Source: Bradymonadia bacterium (lineage in GTDB: Bacteria; Myxococcota_A; Bradymonadia; UBA7976; UBA1532). Taken from it: a DNA stretch of 64,000 nucleotides. The notes beneath the pieces are model-generated. The model saw nothing but the letters and a program-made list of their open reading frames with translations, did no database searches and was not told the origin of the DNA. The translations under genes and the position numbers were made by a program. Position 1 is the stretch's first letter. Each line of letters opens with the position of its first letter. Shown one piece after another: positions 58,666-64,000 of this stretch. The stretch is from the NCBI GenBank assembly GCA_049889275.1, contig JBMHDS010000085.1, positions 153,470 to 217,469 of the forward strand, written 5' to 3'.

Positions 58666-59375
58666 ATATCAAACTGTTCACCATTGTCGTGTTCGCCGTG
58701 ACCCACCCCGTGTTGACACACGCCCAAAGCGAGTCGCCTGACTACACGTTTGAGGTTCAAGCGGGCAGCTACATGCCAAACATTGACTCTCAATTTGAGA
58801 GTTCACAAGGTTCAGTGAGACCGCCATATGAAGAAGCTTTTGGGGGAGACCCGAGCCTTGTGCTGCGATTGAAGTTGCAACGTAACTTGGCAGCGCCATT
58901 TGGTACGATCGGTTTGGGAAGCTCCATTGGCTATTGGTGCAAAGAGGGTAAAGCAATCGCGCCAACCGGTTCAGATGCCAGCGACACAACCGAAATGGTG
59001 ATCTATCCGATTCAACTTGAAGCATCGTATCGGCTGGATCGCTGGGTCGAGTACTTCCCGCTCGTGCCAATGGTCCGAGGTGGTCTGAGCTACTATTACT
59101 GGCGTATTTTCGATGGAGCTGACGACCTTGCATCGTTCTCCACCGGCCAAGATGCACAAGGTGGCACACTTGGCTGGCACGTCGCCCTCGGTGTTCACAT
59201 CCTTCTCGATGCCTTTGACCAAGAAGCTGCCATAGACTTCGAGCGCGACGCCGGTCTGGTCAACACCTACTTCACCATCGAGTATCAAATGTCCAGAGTT
59301 GATGATTTTGGCTCAGCAGAGTCCTTTCGTTTGGGCGATGATGTCCTTCTCTTCGGGCTCGCACTGGACTACTGA
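58662..59375 (+). CDS. Outer-membrane beta-barrel protein (hypothetical)
   Basis: ATGA overlap with the preceding gene; signal peptide (MNIKLFTIVVFAVTHPVLTHAQS); amphipathic beta pattern; C-terminal ...LFGLALDY. Confidence 0.5.
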   Translation: MNIKLFTIVVFAVTHPVLTHAQSESPDYTFEVQAGSYMPNIDSQFESSQGSVRPPYEEAFGGDPSLVLRLKLQRNLAAPFGTIGLGSSIGYWCKEGKAIAPTGSDASDTTEMVIYPIQLEASYRLDRWVEYFPLVPMVRGGLSYYYWRIFDGADDLASFSTGQDAQGGTLGWHVALGVHILLDAFDQEAAIDFERDAGLVNTYFTIEYQMSRVDDFGSAESFRLGDDVLLFGLALDY

Positions 59376-59377
59376 GT

Positions 59378-60163
59378 GTGAATCCAGCCACCTATCCGCC
59401 GCGTCGAGTTGCCTTTCGGGTTGAGTACGACGGCACCGGTTTCAGCGGGTGGCAGAAACAAAACAACACCCCCACGACGATTCAGCAGTCACTCGAGGAA
59501 GCTTGGTCGGCCTTTGTTGGTCACGATGTGGCGATTCAAGGTGCGAGCCGTACGGATGCAGGCGTTCATGCCCGCGGCCAGCTCGCAGCGGTCACAGTCC
59601 AACATCCCGCACAACTCAGTGGCATGATTAAGGCTGTAAACGCTAAGTTGACCCGTCAAATCGCTGTTCGAGACCCAGTGTTAGTCACCTCCGACTACAA
59701 CCCCCGATTTGGGAACGACGGCAAGGCGTATAGCTATCACATCTACACGGATACACTTCGCCGTCCCCTTCTCGACCGCTGGGCGACACGCTGCCCTTGG
59801 TTACTCAACCTGGAAGATATGAACCGAGCTGCGGGATATTGCACCGGCACACATGATTTCACTAGCTTCGCCGCAGCTGATGGCAGCCATAAGACAGCTG
59901 TTCGCACGATCGATAAATTCTCGTGCACAGCACTCGATACTGGTCTCATCCGTTTCGACGTGCGGGGGACCGCTTTCATGAAGAATATGGTCCGTATTCT
60001 GGTCGGTACGATGCTTGAGGTGGGCCGAGGTCGGATCCCCGCTTGTCAGATCCCTCAAATGATTGCTGCCGAAAACCGTCAGGCGGCAGGCCCGACTGCA
60101 CCTCCGCAAGGTCTTTGCCTCGAAGAAGTGTTTGCTGAATTTCAGGAAATTTCGACCGGTTAG
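59378..60163 (+). CDS. truA: tRNA pseudouridine(38-40) synthase
   Basis: RVEYDGTGFSGWQKQ and catalytic-Asp region GASRTDAGVHA; 261 aa. Confidence 0.9.
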   Translation: MNPATYPPRRVAFRVEYDGTGFSGWQKQNNTPTTIQQSLEEAWSAFVGHDVAIQGASRTDAGVHARGQLAAVTVQHPAQLSGMIKAVNAKLTRQIAVRDPVLVTSDYNPRFGNDGKAYSYHIYTDTLRRPLLDRWATRCPWLLNLEDMNRAAGYCTGTHDFTSFAAADGSHKTAVRTIDKFSCTALDTGLIRFDVRGTAFMKNMVRILVGTMLEVGRGRIPACQIPQMIAAENRQAAGPTAPPQGLCLEEVFAEFQEISTG

Positions 60164-60186
60164 CCGAAAGACCACCTCAAGCGAGA

Positions 60187-61809
60187 TTAGAAGTTAAGCT
60201 CTAAACCAAAGCTGACATCGAGGTGATAGCTCGGCGAGGCGCCAAACATATGGAGGTAATCAGGGCTCAAAGTAAACGCGAGCGTGTCATTGAAGTCATA
60301 TGAGTATGTCATGCCCAATGATACGTGTCCGATGCCCTCTAGAGTGGTATCCAGACGATTTCCCAGCTTGACTAAGTGTCGGACATGACCGACGCCGCCG
60401 CCAACCCTGAGGCGGGTACCATGGGCACCGGAGTCACTCATACGATACTGGAATCGGCCACCGCCTAAAAATGCGAATTCAACGATTTGAATTCGGGCAA
60501 AGCCACCCACCGAAAAGTCACGGGAGACCCAAAAGTCAGCCGACACGAGCGTATGAAAAGGTGCAGGTGCCAGGCCTGGCTTCTTTAAGCGAGCACCTTT
60601 CTGTGTCACAGGTTTGGCGAACTCCTTGACCCAGCCAACGCCTCCCCCCATTTGTGCGCCCAAGGTAAAGTAGGTTCTGCCTTCACCATCATATCGCTCA
60701 TAATCGCTGCCATCGAGGGATGAGCCAGAAGCAATCTCGGGAGCGCCCAGAGTATCTCCAGAAATTTGGATCAAATAAGGCCGTGACGCACTGCCAAGTG
60801 ATGCGATCGGGTTGTCGCGTCGATCTTCAGCTTGGAAGTAGTAGCGAACCTGGCTCCCGATCATGTAATCACGTGGAATGCGGGCGACAAAAGTATTGCC
60901 GCGCCCAGGTCGCATCTCTATCTTCTGGCGAACATCAGTGCGTGCGGTATTGAAGTACAGCATAACGACGCCAACATCTCGATAGATGCGCTCACTGACG
61001 GTCACTTCGAGTTTAAGCGCCAGACCGCTCCTTGCACCTCGCGGTGCGACGTGGGTCAGCGAGTTCTCTCTTCGTTGCCTTTGGCCACGGCCCCGGCCGT
61101 CATCCTCACGTCGCGACGCGCGACGGTCGTCTCGCCGATCACGATATACATCGCGTGAGCCACGACGGCTGTCTCGACCGCCCCGATAATCGTCATCGCG
61201 ATAGTTGCGCCTGTCATCATTGCGATAATCATCGCCACCACGGCCACGGTCTCGCCCTCCACTTCTGGAGCGGTCCCTGCGTTCGTCTCTGTAATCGTCT
61301 CGGTAGCTTTCATCACGACCGTCACGCCGTCCCCCTCGGTCTCGGTCGTTATATCCCGAACCTCGGCGGTCATCATATTGATTGCGCGACCGTCGCGAGC
61401 CACCTCTTGCGTTATTTCGAGCGTTGTTAAAAACCCGCTTAAGGCTCGGCGTGACCACCATCGGGTCCAGCTCTGCCCTGTCATCATATTCGAGTGCGCG
61501 CTCGAAGTCTTCCTGAGCTGAGCGCGTGTCCTGATTCTGAACATAGGCGATAATACCGCGCTGCATATAGACCAGAGCGGCTAAACTTCGTCCATTGTCT
61601 GAGTCGACGCCGAAACGCTCAATCAACTTGATCGCTTCATCAATAGCCGTTTGAGCGCGACTCAGTTCAAGGTTGTCGTATGACCGCTGCGCTTGGCGCA
61701 GTAAGCGGCCAACCTTGCGCTCCGCCTCGAAGGCGTTTCTCTGCGCATGCACACTCGCCGCCGGTATGCTCATCAGTGCGATCAGGAGAATGACATGGGT
61801 CCGCAGCAT
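60187..61809 (-). CDS. Outer-membrane beta-barrel protein with TPR-like N-terminus and about 110-aa Arg/Asp/Tyr/Gly-rich low-complexity insert
   Basis: Signal peptide; RD/RDD/RGG repeats (RRDGRDESYRDDYRDERRDRSRSGGRDRGRGG...); C-terminal beta-signal ...FGLELNF. Confidence 0.55.
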   Translation of the reverse strand: MLRTHVILLIALMSIPAASVHAQRNAFEAERKVGRLLRQAQRSYDNLELSRAQTAIDEAIKLIERFGVDSDNGRSLAALVYMQRGIIAYVQNQDTRSAQEDFERALEYDDRAELDPMVVTPSLKRVFNNARNNARGGSRRSRNQYDDRRGSGYNDRDRGGRRDGRDESYRDDYRDERRDRSRSGGRDRGRGGDDYRNDDRRNYRDDDYRGGRDSRRGSRDVYRDRRDDRRASRREDDGRGRGQRQRRENSLTHVAPRGARSGLALKLEVTVSERIYRDVGVVMLYFNTARTDVRQKIEMRPGRGNTFVARIPRDYMIGSQVRYYFQAEDRRDNPIASLGSASRPYLIQISGDTLGAPEIASGSSLDGSDYERYDGEGRTYFTLGAQMGGGVGWVKEFAKPVTQKGARLKKPGLAPAPFHTLVSADFWVSRDFSVGGFARIQIVEFAFLGGGRFQYRMSDSGAHGTRLRVGGGVGHVRHLVKLGNRLDTTLEGIGHVSLGMTYSYDFNDTLAFTLSPDYLHMFGASPSYHLDVSFGLELNF

Positions 61810-61828
61810 CTGGCCTCGTCCCTACTGA

Positions 61829-62908
61829 TCACTTGCCAATGATGTGGAATTCAACGCGCCGGTTCATTTCACGGCCTTCGGCGTGACGGTTATCACCGAT
61901 CGGACGTTCTTCACCCCAGCCCTCAGACTCCATTCGGTCAGAGGCAACTCCCTTGCCCACTAGGTAAGCCATCACGCTCGCCGCGCGTCGTTCAGACAGC
62001 GATTTATTGTAGGCATCAGAGCCACGACTATCGGTGTGCCCTTCGATACGCACTCGCAGCGTCTTTCTCGACGAAAGCGCCTGGGCGACTTCATTTAACA
62101 ACCCGAATGATTTACTCAAAATCTCGTCGCTTGCAGTCGCAAAGAAAATCTTCTGCTTTAATTCGATACGATCTTCGCGAATCACGATGGTCTTATAGAT
62201 GTCTGGGCAGCCATCTTCGTCAGCGTCGTTGTCGTAATCCTCGGGTTCATCTGGACATCGATCGAGGGAGTCCGGAATCTTATCTTTGTCGTTGTCAGTG
62301 TCTGGGCAACCATCGCCATCTTCAAACCCATCTTTATCTTCAGGCTTGTCCGGACAGGCATCGACCTCATCCAAGAAACCATCTCCGTCGCGGTCTTTTG
62401 TCAGGTCTGGACAACCGTCTTCGTCTTCGACACCGTCCTTGTCTTCCGGTTCCCGCGGACACCGGTCACGGCTATCAAGGATCCCATCACCATCCGTATC
62501 TTGGTCTTCCGGGCATCCATCGCCATCCTCGAATCCATCAAAATCCTCAGGCTGTTCGGGGCACTGATCCTTCGTGTCTATAATGCCGTCGCCATCTTTA
62601 TCCTCTTCACATTCAGGTCGCCCCTGCATTCCCTGAGCGACCTTCGCAGCTTTTTCAGCCACGATCATGTGCTCGCTCGCTCGTAACAACGCGCCCTGCT
62701 CCAATTCAAGTAGGGTAAACTTAAGGTGAGCCCTCGCTTTTGCTAAGTCGCGGGCGGCACATCTCATGGCTGGCTTTTGCGCAACCACCAGCTTCGCCTC
62801 AATATCTGCGACTTTGGCACGGAGCACTTGGCCCTTAACGCATCCACTCAAACCACCGAGCAGCAGTACGATGAACGCTCTGACGCAGATCTTCATCCTG
62901 GACTTCAT
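61829..62908 (-). CDS. OmpA-family protein with thrombospondin type-3 (TSP3) Ca-binding repeats
   Basis: Multiple DxDxDGxxDxxDxCP repeats followed by the OmpA_C domain (RIEGHTDSRGSDAYNKSLSERRAASV). Confidence 0.85.
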   Translation of the reverse strand: MKSRMKICVRAFIVLLLGGLSGCVKGQVLRAKVADIEAKLVVAQKPAMRCAARDLAKARAHLKFTLLELEQGALLRASEHMIVAEKAAKVAQGMQGRPECEEDKDGDGIIDTKDQCPEQPEDFDGFEDGDGCPEDQDTDGDGILDSRDRCPREPEDKDGVEDEDGCPDLTKDRDGDGFLDEVDACPDKPEDKDGFEDGDGCPDTDNDKDKIPDSLDRCPDEPEDYDNDADEDGCPDIYKTIVIREDRIELKQKIFFATASDEILSKSFGLLNEVAQALSSRKTLRVRIEGHTDSRGSDAYNKSLSERRAASVMAYLVGKGVASDRMESEGWGEERPIGDNRHAEGREMNRRVEFHIIGK

Positions 62909-63252
62909 CTTGCCGACCTCTTCTTCAGTGCTTTCCGGCGCTCGGGGTCAATGCGCTGGAGTGGGTCACCGCCAGCCGCCGTTTTTGCGTACGCCGTCTC
63001 GGCTAACTTAAGCGCTTCCTTCGCAAGGTCCATCGCTGCCTGATAGTCAGAGTAGCCCTGCTCTTCGCGTGCTTTCTTGTAGCGTTCGAGAGCCCCAAAA
63101 AGCTCATAGGGCGCACCAATATTAGCGCCCTCTTTTTCGGCCTTGTCTATTGCGACCCGAGCCTCCTTGATGAGGCCTTGGGATGTAATCGGGCCACAAC
63201 CCACCAAGCTAACAATGCCAATCAGTATAATTCTCGTAATACTTCTGCACAT
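62905..63252 (-). CDS. Small lipoprotein (hypothetical)
   Basis: IGIVSLVGCGP lipobox; 4-nt overlap with the downstream OmpA gene. Confidence 0.45.
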   Translation of the reverse strand: MCRSITRIILIGIVSLVGCGPITSQGLIKEARVAIDKAEKEGANIGAPYELFGALERYKKAREEQGYSDYQAAMDLAKEALKLAETAYAKTAAGGDPLQRIDPERRKALKKRSAR

Positions 63253-63465
63253 GAAATCTTACTCTCAGAATGCCGGACGCGGAGCACCGATGTAAATACG
63301 GAAAGAGACTCGTGTCAAGCGATCACCAGCCTCATCTTGTCGGTTGTCGTTGTACCACAGGGGCGGAGGTAACGCCACGTATTAGACGGCAATGGTTGGC
63401 CGCTTCGAGCCAAATAACAACTCGGGTCTTGTTTATGACGCCCTGGAGTGGTCAAACGGACGTTT

Positions 63466-63990
63466 CTAGCCGAGAACTTGCTCTATGGAGTCTCTGACTT
63501 CATCGGCTGTTCGACCCTCTGCGACCGAGATTTCCTGAACGAGTAGCTCCATCGCCATTTCGTAGACCCGTCTCTCGCCGTAAGACAACTGTTTATCGGA
63601 CCGAGTCAGGTGTAAGTCTCGAAGGACTTGGGAGACGTCCGCCAAGCTTCCACTTTGGATCTTCTCAACATAGCGCCTGTACCGACGGTTCCAGTTCGGT
63701 TCCTCGATCGCGATTTTCTCCGCGGTCAGGACCGTCATGACCTCCGCAATCTCGTCGTCGTTGACGAGGGGTCGCAGTCCAACGCGCTCAACGTTGGCCA
63801 CGGGCACACGAATCGTGTCATCCGAATCGAGGCGACGGAGAACGTAGAAGCGACTGCTCATACCGGCTATTTCAATCGTTTCGATGCCGAGTATCTCCGT
63901 CACGCCTTGGACCGGATAAACAGCCATATCTCCGACGTTGAAAGTCGTAGTCACAATCACCTCGCGAGTCTTGTTTCGCCTATGCCGCAC
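63466..63990 (-). CDS. cdnL: CarD/CdnL-family RNA polymerase-binding transcription factor
   Basis: N-terminal Tudor-like RNAP-interacting domain (FNVGDMAVYPVQGVTEILGIE); about 165-174 aa; start may lie near the window edge. Confidence 0.8.
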   Translation of the reverse strand: MRHRRNKTREVIVTTTFNVGDMAVYPVQGVTEILGIETIEIAGMSSRFYVLRRLDSDDTIRVPVANVERVGLRPLVNDDEIAEVMTVLTAEKIAIEEPNWNRRYRRYVEKIQSGSLADVSQVLRDLHLTRSDKQLSYGERRVYEMAMELLVQEISVAEGRTADEVRDSIEQVLG

Positions 63991-64000
63991 GCGGCTTATT

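Noticed and set aside
61050-61400. Repetitive cgX/gaY-rich DNA
   Set aside because: Coding repeats for the RD/RGG low-complexity insert of the beta-barrel protein, not a non-coding repeat.
62200-62600. Periodic DNA repeats that could be mistaken for a CRISPR or tandem repeat array
   Set aside because: They encode the thrombospondin type-3 Asp-rich repeats of the OmpA-family protein; the periodicity is codon-level, with no spacer/repeat architecture.
1-64000. tRNA, rRNA, CRISPR arrays, IS elements
   Set aside because: No T-arm GGTTCGA-type motifs, no rRNA-like conserved blocks, no regularly spaced direct repeats, and no transposase-like ORFs or terminal inverted repeats were seen.

Overview
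High-GC (roughly 55-60%) bacterial chromosomal segment with myxobacterial-type hallmarks: a MYXO-CTERM-like tail, PEGA-domain Ser/Thr kinases, FHA and sigma-54 regulators, and Cys-rich secreted proteins. Housekeeping genes (dnaK, alaS, asd, truA, dtd, lnt, ABC-F uup-like, rlmG-like, cdnL) are interspersed with metabolic and transport operons. These include a MaoC dehydratase / two-domain FabG4-like reductase / thiolase operon, a FAD-oxidase / GlcE-like / GlcF-like / lipid-kinase / Lnt operon, a Ni-superoxide dismutase gene, and a malEFGK-type sugar ABC transporter. The most unusual organisation is an ~8 kb segment (ca. 18.4-26.4 kb) carrying two divergent, complete flagellin genes on the same strand, each immediately followed by its own tyrosine-recombinase gene; no other flagellar genes are in the window. 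A 730-bp coding-poor gap ending in a strong bidirectional terminator suggests an unannotated small RNA. No tRNA, rRNA or CRISPR array was found.
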